This document shows, piece by piece, positions 1 to 13,600 of a DNA stretch of 64,000 nucleotides. Every line of letters starts with the position of its first letter. Within the stretch, counting starts at the first letter, position 1. The notes under the pieces were generated by a model. The model did no database searches. It saw only the letters and a program-made list of their open reading frames with translations, and was not told where the DNA came from. The stretch lies in assembly GCA_905178155.1 (NCBI GenBank), contig CAJINV010000008.1:496001-560000 (forward strand), written 5' to 3'. A program made the position numbers and the translations under genes. This DNA is from Amoebophrya sp. A120. Taxonomy: Eukaryota; Protista; Dinoflagellata.

Positions 1-61
1 CCAGCACTGCTCTACTGGATCGCTGGCAGATGGAGAACCGCGTGACTCAGAAGCGCCCAGG

Positions 62-3000
62 TCAAATGTTACCCACGTTGACGTCAGCACCTCCAGGCAG
101 TACGCCCGCCGCACCCCCCGCAATTGATGTAGTCGTGTGATTGTGGTACGTGCGCATCATGTTTCGCAGCGTTCGGCCGTACTTTGCGCTGAGATCTACC
201 GGTCCGCTGCCTGCCTGAAATGGTGGGGCAGTCTGCTCCAGTTGCTCAAGAAGCGCAACGACGGGACTTCCTTTACCGGGTGTAGACGTCGCAGCGGCAC
301 TGCTAAGGTTGGCTGATAAATGCTCAAGCAGCTGCTTGCTGCATGTGACCAGCGTGAAGAGCGCCTTTTGCTCCTCGTCGCCCTCGTGGCACAGCGCCGA
401 AATCACATTGTAGACGTACTCCAGGTCGCACGTGAGCTGAGCTAGGCCCTTGCAACTCAGACGTGAAATCTGCAACGCGTGGGACACGATCATCCGCGCC
501 ACTTCCTGCAACGCGGCCTGCAACCATTCTTCGACCAACCCACTGTGTTCCAGCATCGGCACCATACCGAAAAGCTGTTCGCCGACACTGGTCATGCTCT
601 GCTGCGGCGAGAAAGAACCAGGCTGGAGCTCGATCTGCAGTCTCGCGAAATCTGAATTGCAATATGCATGCTCTTGCACCAGTCGGGTAATGACAGAAAA
701 AGAAACAAGTAAACGCATGTTGTGCATGTTGTCCCAAAGGAACGGAAGCGCCCGAATAAATTTAAACTCACGAAGATCTACTACAACCACAATAATAATT
801 CTTGCAGAGTCACTGAATGAAGTCAACTTTGAATGTTTTTTGAATTTGAAGAAACATTATTCTGCTGCAAGAACCGACTCCGCAATTTCGAGTGAAAATA
901 TGACAAATACCCTCCCCATCCAGTTTTTCCCACGTCGCTTTCATTGTCGCGTAGGGTTGCAAGACGTTCTGGATGGGCGCTACACACGCGGTCACAACAA
1001 GTCCATGCGACCGGTGAATCAGCGTCTCGATCGTACTTTTCGACTGCCGCATGCCTGGGTTCCCTTCGTCCAGCCTGAAGTTCTTGAACTCGGACTGCAG
1101 CTGTTAGGTATAGGACGTGTAACAGATTTCAAACTGAGTTTTGGCTACAGAGAAACATGCTTTCTCCTGGATATTTTAAATTCTTTTTCCCGTAGAACGA
1201 AGACGAAAACACGGACTTTATCACTTGTACCTGTTTGATCCCTTCTCTACGGAACTTGAGCTCGAGCCCTCGAGCGAAGTGCGGGTAGGGTACTGCATCT
1301 TTTTGGGAGGCGAGCCGCGCCAGCAGTGGCGTCTCAAGTTCGTTGGTGATTTGCTTCTGGACATGCGTCAGCACCTTGTAGAAACCCAGGCACAGATTTA
1401 ACACAGTGGAATCGATCTGGTTCGCGTTGCTCAGCGATTTTTCAACGATGGTATTTCGGAAGATATCCCCGAGCGGCGACAGCTTTTCGCCCAGAAACTC
1501 AGCACAGCTCCAATCAATGGCCGCGACGGCGAGAAAAGGCACGCAAGCAAGTAGATAAACATCGTCCTTGACTGCGAATTTCAGCAGATTTTGCATCTGC
1601 TTCACTGCCTCCGTCTCTGCCTGCAGTAGCGCTTCGCTGGCCATTTTGTTGGCTGCACTTGACGTAGTTTCGGTACCAGCAACAACACAATCCTTGAGCC
1701 CGGGCTGGTACACGTACTTCACCTGTGGTAAGAAACTAATCCTCTGCACATGTATGATGTTCTTTTTTGTGAAAGATGAAACAGTTCTGTACTGAGTGAC
1801 ATTGTCGTACATGGAAAAATACTCCGCGCATCACACTTTTTACCGTGTCCAGCAGCAGCCAGAGCGGAAAGGCCTGGTAAACGGAGAAAACCGATGCTGG
1901 TTGCTCCTCCAAGGATGCGCTCAGTTGGTCGCACCCGTCGACATAGCTGATCCACATGCCTAGTATTCTGCTGGTGCGCCTCGTCAAAATCTCTTCCCCG
2001 CTCGTTTGCAAGTGGTGTTCTTCGACTCCCATGAGTCCTCCGGCGCTGGCCAGCGAGGACGCTTCCAACGTCTGCAGCAAGGACTCGTGCAGCGTATTCA
2101 GTGCGATGGTCAACGCTTTCGGCAAGTCCACCAGTTTCTCGTCCGGTTCTGCAGCACCGGAGCTTTCTCGTCTTGATGCTGCTGTAGTTGTACTCCGCCC
2201 TCCGCGCGATGAAACTAGTACACTCATTTCTGCCATGTTGTCCACATCCGGGGAAGTACCTCCCCCCTGCACGTTGCCGACGCCAGCGGGGTCCATTTCC
2301 GACGTCGTCGGGTGCAGTTGCTGTGCGGGACTTCGTCCGTCCACGCCAGACGCCGATTGTTGCGCGGCCAGTAGGCGCGCGCGGTGCTTGAGTTTCTGGT
2401 ACACCGCCTTCTTGCGGGTCACCGGATCCAAGGGTCTTGCGCCCCCGACTGCAGAGCCGCCTGGCAGGTGTGCGGAGGAGGAGGAAGACGGATGGTGTGC
2501 GGGGTCGTGCGGTTGCACGGCGTCTTGGTCGTGCAAGTGCACGATGGCGTGCTTCTGCTCCGTGCCGGTAGTCGTCTTGCTGGAACCGGACGCAGGTTGA
2601 TGTTGTAGAGCTGCGCCGTATTGCTCCTCCTGCTGTAAATTCATCGAGACGATCTCGCTGGCTCGCAGCACCTCGCGACTCGTCGCGGTCAGCTGCTCGA
2701 AACAGTTCCGGACGGCTTCCCCCATGGAACTCACGTTGGTCGCGTTGTTTCGCACGACGCTGTCAAATTTCCGGCTCACATTCTCGAAATGCTGGCACAC
2801 CAGCTGATTCAGCTCCGGTTGCAAGTCGCACTTGAGGAAGACCTCAAACGACTGCTGCAGGTCGACGTTCATGCCGGTTGTACTGGATCCCGTGTTCTGC
2901 TCCAGCGAGAGGCTTAGCTTTCTCCGAGCCAGCGTGTGGAGCTCGCCCTCAAAATTCCGCAAACTGTTCACACGCAGCTCGTACTCGGGGAGCTCCTCAA

Positions 3001-3784
3001 AGCACTCGCAGACTTCCTGCGCGCCGCGGATTTTCTCGATCACCTCCACGAGCTCCCCGCCGCGAAGCAAGTCGTCGACCTGAAGGTTGTAGTACGATAG
3101 TACTAGATTTCACGTCACGACTATCTACGAGCGATGGTGCCAAAAAAATTGATATGATGTTTTGTCGTTCGCTCGTCCATCTTGCTGTTGGTCCTCAACA
3201 TGCGAGGTCCTCAACATGCGAGGTCCTCAACATGCGAGGTCCTCAACATGGATTCTGAGTAAAAGTACCTCTTCAAGCGCCATTCAGCACACATGATCCC
3301 AGAACAAAAGGCACAGTGGAGTAAGTACCTCTTGAATCTTCTTGTCCCAGGTTTGCAGTTCGCGCAATGCGACTTTTGCGACCATCAGCCTTTCCTTGGT
3401 GAGTGCCATGTCATTTAGAAGCCCGAAAGAGTGGTCCTTACCGGCCTTGGATAGTTCCTTGATGGCCTTCTGCACTTGCTTCTGCCCTTGGTCCACTTCT
3501 TTTTTCAGGCGCTCCAAGTGGTACAGCGTAGCCGGAAACTTTTCGATCAAGTTCGTCGAGAGGTGGTCGACGTTCTCCTGCTCCTCCTGGCACAGGAGCT
3601 GCAGCGAGGTAGACAGCGAATTGATACTGCTCCCGGAAAGCGTGCGCGCGTTCAGCCATTTTACGGGGTCAAACTCCTGCTCCAGCCGCGTGTCAATCTC
3701 AAAATCCTCCAAACAAATCAGCTGCTGGCCGGCTGCCGGCTGCAGTCCGAGGGAGCTGCCAGGAGGATCGACCACATTCGGCAT
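62..3784 (-). CDS. COG7: Conserved oligomeric Golgi complex subunit 7-like (multi-exon)
   Basis: ORF 3284..3784 has FDPVKWLNA...LQLLCQE...LYHLERLKKEV. ORF 62..826 has WLQAALQEVARMIVSHALQISRLSCKGLAQLTCDLEYVYNVISAL. These resemble COG7 termini. Internal exons lie in ORFs 1129..1812 and 1736..3070. Confidence 0.75.
3190..3250. repeat. 16-bp tandem repeat (GTCCTCAACATGCGAG x ~3.75) in a COG7 intron
   Basis: Units start at 3191, 3207, 3223 and 3239 (partial). Confidence 0.95.
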
Positions 3785-4463
3785 CTTGCGAATTTCGCGG
3801 ACCCCCAGCCCCGGTGCCTGTGTAGTCTTGTTTCAGATAATACTTGGCGCTGCCTCGAGGCCTTCCCGGGTGGTCAAATTGCCGAAAACAAAGCAGGTCG
3901 GCGCTTAAAGCGCGAAGCTGGCCTCTTCATCTTTCGAATTCCTCACTTGGTCTACTATAAGGGCAAGAATCTATTGCAGCTGCGTCGAAACTATTGACAT
4001 TGCGGAAAACAAACCTCTATGGATTTTAAGGTGAAGGTTGAGGATACGAGTTTCGCGTAGAAAAATAGGCCCGAGCCCGACAACTGAAGTCTTTCCAATA
4101 ATGCCGATGACCTACCTATCACTTTGCTTCGCGTCAAAGAGCCTGTGGCTGTGCGAAAGCACATAGTTAAACCAGAAGTGGCTGGCTGATCATATTTGTT
4201 GTCAGTCGAAAAAACACAGCAAAAGTCTCAAAAAAAGTTCAATCATCAATGGCAGATTGCGATTGCCTCTGTTGCTTCGTAAAGAATCAATTGGGATCGC
4301 AGAATTCCGCAGCTCGTCGGTTTTCTTTCTGCTAGCAGGGTCTATCTCATCCCGATGATCATACGGAAGCGCGAAGAGACGAGACATCTCTGCTCTCTTC
4401 CCCGCCCGGTGTCGTGTCTATGGGTTTAATTTCTTCCGACGCAGTCCTGCCAGACGGCATGCC

Positions 4464-5990
4464 TTACAAATCATACTCGATGGGTCGGACGCGCGTGACG
4501 GGCTCGTTCGGGTTTTTATCCTCGTCGAACCACCTGGGGCAGTCCGGCAAATTGAACATACCCACACACCAGCTGCGGTTGTCCGGGAAATCCATGAACT
4601 GGTAATTCGGGACCGGAGCCATGTCCACAAAGCACTCCATCTGTGGAATTTTTCGCATATGTTCCTTAACTTCCAGAGAAATGTACGAAGATAAGGCAAC
4701 ACATCTTTTGAGCAAGAAGATCATTTCATTTCATCGGGGCAGCAAAACCAAATGAAAATCATCGATCTTGGCAGTTCATCTTTACCTGAGTCAGTATGCC
4801 ATCGTCCTTCGCCTTTTGCCAGGCTGAATTTGTTGAGTTCCATCCCGCGTCGTCCATTAGGACCTGTGTGGCATTTGATGTTCTACTTCTTCATCAGTTC
4901 TTTCACAAGTTCGTGTTCAGAAAAATCAGCATGCTCGCCAGAACCAAAAAAGTTTTCCGACAATTTGGGCTTCAGAAACCAAAAAAATCTGTGAATATAC
5001 CCAGTTTCTGCAGGTGGCCATTTTTTGCATATTTACCAAATCCGCGTAGGTCCCCTCAGTGCTGTGGTCTCCGTCAACCGAAATAACATCGCACATAACG
5101 TCTGGATAGAGCTTGTGAAATTCCCGCACGCTTTCCTGGCTTGGTCCAAGCGTGAGGTGAAATCGGTCAGGAAAGAGTTCCCGAGCCAAATCGCCCTGCC
5201 GAATGGTGTAATCAAATTGACCCAGGTCGAAACTCCAAACTTTTGCGTTTGGATTTGCGTTTAGAAAAATTGCGGTGCTATGACCAGCGTTGAAACCAAT
5301 CTCGCAAATGTTCTTGACAAAAGGAGCCCGCGCAACCTCGAAATACCTTTCGAATTTTGATATTCCTGAGCCTTTGTCTTTCTCCGAGTTGGTAGCTCCT
5401 GACGAGAACGCATATCTAATAGTCGTACCGAGTTGCGACTTCTTCTTGATCCTTTGTGCTAAACTACGGAACCGATCAACATGCATCGTCTACGTTAAGA
5501 TACACAAGCAATGAATTATGAAGCAGTACATTTCCAAGGCCTTCCTACTGCTGGTGATGTGTCCTTCGCGATACACAAAGTATCGTCGACTTTCGCGATC
5601 AAACATCAGGGCAAGCGAAACTGCATTTTCCACGGAAGATATCTCCCACCAATTCTTCTGCTCGCACTGGTTCTCTTCCGCGGCCAGGACGGAGCGCGGT
5701 AAGTTCGTCAAAGAGGCTGCTGCCAGAAACACGGCAGTGGTAGCGGCTCCCAGAACCGTTCGAGCGCCCAGTCGACGAGAACTACGTGGTGTTGTGTTTT
5801 CAGCGACAAGTCCTGCGGACGGTCTTGGTCTAGTACTTAGTGCTGTAGGCCCCGCGTTAATGACCTTCCCACGCGTGCTCGAACATCGTCGCTTGTTGCG
5901 CGGCGGAGACACGTATGCGGCATCCGACCCTGAGCAGGCACACACAACGGACGACGCAGTCGCAGAGAACTCAATCGCCAACATGTCCAT
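4464..5990 (-). CDS. Class I SAM-dependent methyltransferase (Methyltransf_24-like) with hydrophobic N-terminal segment, multi-exon
   Basis: Motifs ICEIGFNAGHSTAIFL, VWSFDLG and DVISVDGDHS in ORF 4926..5486. Flanking exons are in 5490..5990 and 4464..4724. Confidence 0.75.
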
Positions 5991-6140
5991 GAAGCCTGGT
6001 CCTCGATGGTGGATTTGTTTTTCTTCTTTGTACCAAGCAACCTAATATCGTAAACTAAAACTACTTGTTCAGTGCTACAGTTCGTGGCGGAACATTTGGC
6101 TCTGCGAAACAGGATGCTACGTTCTGGTTTCCCCCTTTGG

Positions 6141-7569
6141 TTGCAAAACAAACCCCATATACGTCTTCTCTCGAGAGATAAAAGCGACGGTCTTGTCATG
6201 TGACGCGTCGAACTCGAAACCCAAAAAGCAAAGCGCTGTGATTTTTGCGCTACTTCTACGAACTGCTGCGTCCGTCAACTATTGCCGGCCCTACTAGCTT
6301 CCTATCCCGAGCACATTCCGCATAGGGGGAGCGAAGTGCCCAAGTGCTACCGTGCCGCGAAAATGGAAATCCTTACGAACTCGAAGCACTGCGCGCTGCC
6401 GTAACCTGACCTCTGTATCACGTAGCTTGGCCGTTAGTGTGGTTGCAAACAAAGAGATTAGGATACGGGGGCGCCATAGCTCCGCACACAAACGGCAAAG
6501 CCATGTGGCAAAGAGTTTAGGCGTAGGTCGCGGCAGCATAGCAAGCAACAGATCGCATCTGTGGCAAAGTGGTGCCTCAGCACTTCTTGGTTAGAGGGAG
6601 AACACTAAATAGCTGCAGGGTTATACGAAAGGAGTAAGAGAGGCGGCGTCACTTAGTAGAGGCAGCACATAGTAGAAGTAGCGCAAACGTTGCAGCGCTA
6701 GCTTGACTATTTTTCGGGTTTCGGCATTTGGCGCAGTATGAAGGAGCGCCTTCTACATAGCGCAACTGCGCAGCCCGGCGTTCGGGGAGACGGGTAAGTT
6801 GGGGCGACGGGTTGCCGACGGGCAAAGAAGATCCGGGCGACCGGACGCCCGGATTCCGCTAGCGAAGTGCCCAGACTGACTTTGAGGAATGTTTTGAAAC
6901 GATGCGGCAACCCCGAAGAAATCCAGTGGAGTCCGCATCGTTTTTCGGGTTGGTGAAGCGAAGGATTGAAGCTCGCCCTCGTCTCAGCGGAGGCTCGCGG
7001 GATCGCCTCAATTCTTCGCACAGGGCGAATGAATATTCTGCGACCCCTTCATCTTTCGCGCAGAGTTGAAGAAATCGCCTCAACTTGCGCGGGAACAGGA
7101 TAGCTGCACTCTTTGGCGGCTCAGTTTTTCGAGTTAGTGAGAGAGAACCTGCCGAGGCGGCTTGCTTCAACCTGCGCGAGCGTTTGAAGCGACCAACCCG
7201 GCTGCGGCTCCCACCGCACCAAATTAGCCGGCGAAGTGGGCACTGCCATGAATCGTCGCGAAAAAGCGACGCGGGCCTGCAGCACTCGGCTTTTTTTTTG
7301 CTAGAGAAAAACCCAAGCGTCCTCGCGAAGGTTTGAACAAAACGCGTGACCATCGCAATCTCGCATGGGGCGGTGGAGAGCCGAGGCTATCAGGGATGAG
7401 GGGAACGGAGATGAGGTAACGGCTCGGCGCAGCTTGTCGCCGGTTTGAGTAATGCCCAAAAAGCATGGATGCATCCCCCCCCTCCCCCCCCATTACCTAG
7501 GTAATGCTCGGACTTTTGTTGGACAAGATCTTGCAAAACAAACCCCATATACGTCTTCTCTCGAGAGAT
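6141..7569. repeat. Pair of identical 39-bp direct repeats (6141-6179 and 7531-7569) bounding a ~1.35-kb non-coding segment
   Basis: TTGCAAAACAAACCCCATATACGTCTTCTCTCGAGAGAT occurs at both positions. Confidence 0.9.
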
Positions 7570-8003
7570 GATCGCTTGTTCGATCCCGAGGAAGAGGAAC
7601 TGTGCCAAAAGAGGTAAGTAGGTAGGTTTACTCAACTACAGAGTCAAACAGAAAGTCGTGCATTCGTCTGTCGTCAAAGAAAAGTGATTCACAGGACCCT
7701 CGCAAGCACTGCAGGAGGTCATGATCATTTTGATCCTAAATAAGAGCCGATCTTGTGCAAAGAAACAGAAAGAGAATGAGAAACACGAGGGAACGCACAT
7801 CAGAAATAAACGAAAAAGAAAAGAAAAATCAATGCACTCGTCGAACAAAAACAGTATCGCACGATGGTTTTCGGCGAGCCCGAGAAACGACAGGTATGCT
7901 ACAGCTACTGAGACACAGCGTATAGAAATCCATCCAGAGTTGACGGTGCAAAGCTAGGCAGACCGTTGGGTCCTGCAAAATCACGTGGCTCAAACGAAAA
8001 AGG

Positions 8004-8678
8004 TCAAGTGCCCCTCCTGGGCGAACGCTCTCTAGACATTGCGTCGTGATCGCGTGTGCTTGTTTGAATGTTTTCCAAAGACTTTGAACCAGGGACAGTG
8101 CCAGGGACCGTCCCTTGGTCAGTCGCCCCGCCTCCATGTTTTTTCTTCCCGCGGAATGGGGCCGGCCCAACGCGGGCTGCGGCTCCCTTCTTTTTCTTCT
8201 TCCTGCCGAAGTCGTCCACGCTTTCCTCATCTGAGTTGTAGTCGCGTCTGTCAACATCCTGCTGCCGATCCATGTACCCGCCGCCCCGGCCCTGGTGCTC
8301 GAGCTTACTCTTCATCCGATCCTGCGTGATTCTCGGTGCGTTGCAGGTTTCGCAGCGCACGCGGCCAGGCATGTTCTGCGTCCCGCAATGTGGGCACTGC
8401 CACCTGGTCGTGCTCGCGAGCGCCGCTTCTTGCGCCGCGATGTGACGAGCTACCCGCGGATCCGGTTGCGCGTCCACGGGCTTTTTCAAGCCACACCGGT
8501 TACAGGTCTCCCGTTTCTTGAAGTTGATGTTTTTGCACTTTTCGTTCGGGCATTCCCAGTCCGATGGGTCCAACGTTTTCGGCAGCGGATTCGGCCGCGG
8601 CCCTGTGGTGGTCCCGGACCCGCTTCGCTGCGGATTGTAGATGTCGCCAAAATTGTACAGTCCCTGGGCCCCCTGCAT
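8004..8678 (-). CDS. RanBP2-type zinc-finger RNA-binding protein (ZRANB2-like)
   Basis: Two RanBP2 fingers (DWECPNEKCKNINFKKRETCNRC; WQCPHCGTQNMPGRVRCETC), followed by GRGGGYMDR...DDFGRKKKK and an RS-like tail. The 5' end is uncertain. Confidence 0.8.
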   Translation of the reverse strand: MQGAQGLYNFGDIYNPQRSGSGTTTGPRPNPLPKTLDPSDWECPNEKCKNINFKKRETCNRCGLKKPVDAQPDPRVARHIAAQEAALASTTRWQCPHCGTQNMPGRVRCETCNAPRITQDRMKSKLEHQGRGGGYMDRQQDVDRRDYNSDEESVDDFGRKKKKKGAAARVGPAPFRGKKKHGGGATDQGTVPGTVPGSKSLENIQTSTRDHDAMSRERSPRRGT

Positions 8679-10699
8679 CGTAGATATTGAGCAAAGACAT
8701 CTAATTTCCGTGCGAACAAGAAATTTACACTTCCAGGTATACCTTCCGCGGTGAAAATGATCTACCTCTACTGAGAGTCTCTGGGATCATTTGAGTTTTC
8801 GGATGCTTTTCGGAAAGGGGTCGCCCGTTCGCAAGTTCCGCACTTCTGATGGTGCAGCACCAGCAAGCTTGCCAACCCCGCACTTCTGATGGTGCACGTG
8901 AGGCAGGGCCGCCAATGCGGCTGGACTTATGTTTTTCTTTCTTATACTCCAGTGCGACTGGACTTATGATCATTATCGCCTTGTTAAACCGCCACCTGGT
9001 CCAGCACCTGCACCTGGCGCGGCCGTTGAGCAACTATTGACAAGCTAATATTGCAAGATTAAAAACGCTGGCCGCGATCCTGGTACACTGTGCAGAGAAA
9101 ACCGATCTGCAGGCTCGTACCTTCCAAGCGTACTGCCTATGGTGTTTCTCGTCTGGCTGCGAGATATAGGAAAGTCGGAAAGGACAACACTGAGGGGCAA
9201 AAGAAACTCAAACTGTCCGGACCTGGTAAAAATTACAATTCACACGCGCACGCATGCTACAGGAAAAAACACAAAAACGACCGAGAGGAACATGAACACA
9301 AGTGTCTCCGATTGCACGCGACCACGTCCTTCGGTTGATTGACCGTTCGCCGATGAGAGACAGAAAATGAAAAATGGTCGGAGCTGCAGTCGCGCAATAA
9401 ACTAGCCTCCAGCCCCACTGCTGGACGATTTCATTGTTCATATGGATTTCGATTTGCAAAGCACTGAGCGTTAGCTATGTAAGAGACATGATACAGGGCA
9501 TTTTGATTTGAGTGTAAAAATCTCATACGGTTTCATATTGATTTCCATTCTCCCAGGCTGCTGATAAAGACTCTTTGTCAGCGATCTATCATAACAAGTT
9601 TCGTTTTTTCGGAAAGCAAAAGGCTGTGTGTCGTGTGAGGTGTACAGGTGTGGTTGTGCTTATCGGTCATTTTGATTATGATGAAACAATTATGAAACGC
9701 TCCAGGTCATGGGTTCTCAAATTCGTAGATCTTTCCATTTTCCTTGAAGTTGAATAGGGAAAATAGCAAGCCGCTCACAATTGCCATTGTGTTGCCAGCA
9801 AAAGATTTGGTCTGCCACGAGCTCAAGAAATAGGCCTAGGAAAGCTACTTACGCGAGGAGAAAGTCCCACAACCGTCGATAAAGTTACCACAAGTCGGCT
9901 CTTGACACTTTTCGTGAATCCCGAGCTCTGCGTGTCGCAGCGGCACTCGCAGTGCAAATACCTCTACCTGGAGGGACCTGCAACTCGAAACCCCTTCGAT
10001 AAAGGGTGGTTGAGATCTTCGCTATCTCCAACTTCAATCTTCCTCCCCCTCTGCGATGCATCGCAAACTACCCTATGGGGGAGAGTCTGAATCAATTAAG
10101 TATGTGACTTAAACTCTCGAGTATTTCGGTTCAAATCAGAATCAGTAACGTAAGCTCAAAACGCTGATGCTTATCTCAATTTTTTATGTTCGATAATCTC
10201 TGAAAACTCCATCATCTACTTGTGGTGGATGTTCTTACAGACAAAGCTTGACTAGTATTATTTTCTGTACGGGTGCTTCGATGATATAACTCTGCCGGTA
10301 TCTATCATCTTTTTTCGGCGCATTGCAAATTTTTCTCTTGAAGCGAAACAGTCGTCTTTATCAAAGTGATGATCCTAGTAAAGTAAGCATTAACCTAAAG
10401 CACATTTTCAATACGTCAAAGAACTCCGGGGACCTGTTGGTTCTTCCTTATGATCGAATACAAAAATCTACTTGCGTGATTAAAATACAGATATGCCTCA
10501 CCTCAGACGGCCGCATTTGCAAATGAAAATGGATCTTGCAGGGGAAGCGGCGGAGCTGCTGTGCGACCGCCTCGAAGTCGAATCAACCTTCGAGTTCTTG
10601 TAGTTTTAAAAAAGTCCTCCTATCACGTCGTGTGACCGCGCCGCGCCGGGTATCCTCAGGGCGCGCCGCAACAAGTGATGACCGCACATCAACATGTGT

Positions 10700-13600
10700 T
10701 TAATCACTTTTGTTGCCGTCGCGATCCTTCTTCTTCTTCTTTTTCTTTTTCCCGCCTTCCTCATCGTCTCCATCGTCGCGACCGCGCTTCTTGTCCTTTT
10801 TGTCTTTTTTCTTCTTTTTCTTTCTGCTGTCGTCATCTTCTGGCATGTCCGCGAAGTCGATGGCTTCGTCTGCGAGGAATTGATCGACGTCTTCCATGTT
10901 CATTTCTGGTGCTGCCGCGTCCTCGACATTCCCTGCGCCCTTCGTGACATCAAGTTCAGCATGGAACATTTCGAACTCGTCCTCTGCCGCTTCCAGTTGC
11001 AGGTTGTCGACTGCAAAGTCATTTGATTCGAAAAGAATTTTTGCGACACCAACATTGATTTCTAGACTCATGTGGGGACCGTGCATGTCGTGGTCATCGT
11101 CGCCCCTATTTATACTTTTTTGCAAATGCCGTCTTGGATACAGATAGAAAAGCAAACCGGCTGGGTCGTGTTTAAATGTAGTCAAGTATGATTCTAGCTT
11201 ACCGTCATCACGAAGGTTCCGCGCGTTCCGTCTGTCAGCCTTGGCCTTACGTCTTTCTGCTTTCTGTTCTTCGGTTTCCACGGGTCGCTCTCGTCGCTGC
11301 CGCGGCTCCCGGGGACCCCTTTCTGCCCGCTTCTCCGCGGCCTTTTTAGCCTTCAGCTCGGCCCGGCGCTTCTTTTCCTCTTCCGTCAACGGGACTCCTG
11401 GGCGACGCCCGCGACCGAATGGTAGCGCCGGCTGTTCCATCTCAGTGTCATCCACCAAGGCTGTAAGATTATGACAGTGATGATAATCACACAACATTTT
11501 TCATGCAAAAGGCGCCTAACTTCCGACTCAGTCGTAGCGGACCAGTCAGATAACATCGACTCAGAAATTGACTAGAAAAATTGAAATCATTTTGTACTAC
11601 CACGAGCACATCACGACACAGACAGATTTGTATAAAGGACTTATAGTTGTGAAAGCCGACAAACCGGTTATTTCTGATGGTTATTTCTGATGCGAAGAAT
11701 GAATTCAGAACCTTACCTTGAAGGTTTTTGTCGAGCTCCTTCTTTTTGTCATCCCCATCTTCTTCCCGGACGGTGATCTGCTGCAACTGCTCCCGACCCT
11801 GCATGTACATTTCCTCGGCGGTTTGCTCGCGTTCCTGGCGCTTCTTCTCCTCCCGGTCCAGCCGATCTTGCTCTTGTTTGGTACGTTTTTCGGCCTCCTT
11901 CTTTTGCAGATCCCTTTCGTGATTGAGCTGCGCCGCAATGCGACTCTGCTCCGTTTCGTGCCGCTCCTTGGCCTTCTCGTAGTCTGCCTTCATGCTCTTG
12001 AACTGTAATTAATTTATTGACACTCTGTTAATTTGTTGAGTCGGGCATTAAGTAATCACGCGACGGAAGACAGCAATCGACTCTAAATCTAATGTCGTTG
12101 TTCTCAAAGTAGAGAAATATCCATTAGAACTACAGACCACGCAAGTACAACTTGAAGACCACGTGAGGGTCGATGACTTTTACCTCTGGTTTGAGGATCT
12201 TCAAGCGCTTCGCGGTGACTTGCAGCATACGTGCCCGATCTTTCTTCGTGGTCTTATCCAGGCCCCAGACCAGAAATTTTTTCGGGCCCACTGTTCCCTC
12301 GTTGAGATCTTTCATGCGCTCGCCCCAGCGTTTCACGCGATTAAAGTTGCGGATCGCATCTTCCTTGCAGTGGTAGGACTCGCGCATCTCTTTCATGCCG
12401 ATGAACTCGGCCTTCCCCTTCATGAAGTTTTTCTGAAAAATGTGCTGCTGCTTTGCGTCCATAAGGACTCCCATGTTGTAACAGGTCACGATGTCCGGCA
12501 CGCCGCCGGAACGGGCTTCCGCAATCTTCTGCGCCTTCGCCAGCAACTCAATCGCCTTATCCAGGTCGTTGTCTCGAGCGTAAGCGAGTGCGCAGGCGTT
12601 CAGCAACCGTACGTTGTTTTCCAGCGCGGGATGCTTCAAGGCATTCAGATACTTCTTCAGGGCGAAGCGGGCACTCGCTGTGCTGCTGTCTTTGCGAAGC
12701 ATGGTGTGGGCGAGGTTGACGCGAATCAAAACCTGCACGTGCGGGTCGATGTTCTTCTGCTTTGACGCGTTCAAAAACTGGTTGATTGCCTCTTTCAGGT
12801 GCTGGCTGCTTTTTCCGCTTTTCGCGCTCAAATCAGACGCGAGCAGCATTCCAAGCCCGTTTTTCGCGGTTGCCGCCGATTCCGGCCATTCTTCGCCGTA
12901 GTCGTCAAGCGACCGTCCGTAGGCTACCTCTGCGTTCGCGAAAAGATCCAGAGCCTCCAGCTTCAGCTCCTCACGAACTGCATCGTTCTGTTCCGAAGAG
13001 GCGCGCCTGTATGGAAATCGTTGACAATAGTGAATCCGGAGGGTGCTTTGCCTTGGGTACGATGTGGCAATAGTAAACTAATGCTCAATGCTGTGTTCCT
13101 GTTCGCTTGCCGCGACACATAAGAACCGTTGTTCGGTGACCTCACTACATACCACTGAAAGGCATATAATTGTGCTCTTGTCTTCTGCCATACTAAGACC
13201 AAAATCACAAAACCAGACTGAGGTCAACTCTCGGCAGAACGGAGCCTTGAGGCAGCGCCAGACCAAAGCGCGCTACTGAAAACCAGCAGTGCAAAGATAG
13301 GTCCAAGCGCGCTGCACTCAGGGTTTTGCTTTAGCAGCGATGTAACACAGACAGTGCAGACGAATTGAGCCCATCCTGCAGGTACCTTGAGAAGGCACCG
13401 ACAGGAAAGCCACACGCACAAAAATGCCTGCTGACTAATGCACTGCGGAGGTACCAACACATTGACGAAAGAAAGCCTATACATAGTTCTATGGAAAAAA
13501 AGTAGATTGATAAGTTGTATCTATACATCCAGATGACGTCAGCTTCCTCCAAGTACAGATTGCCCAGGTGCACATACAAATCGCCGCGCTGCTTCTTTCG

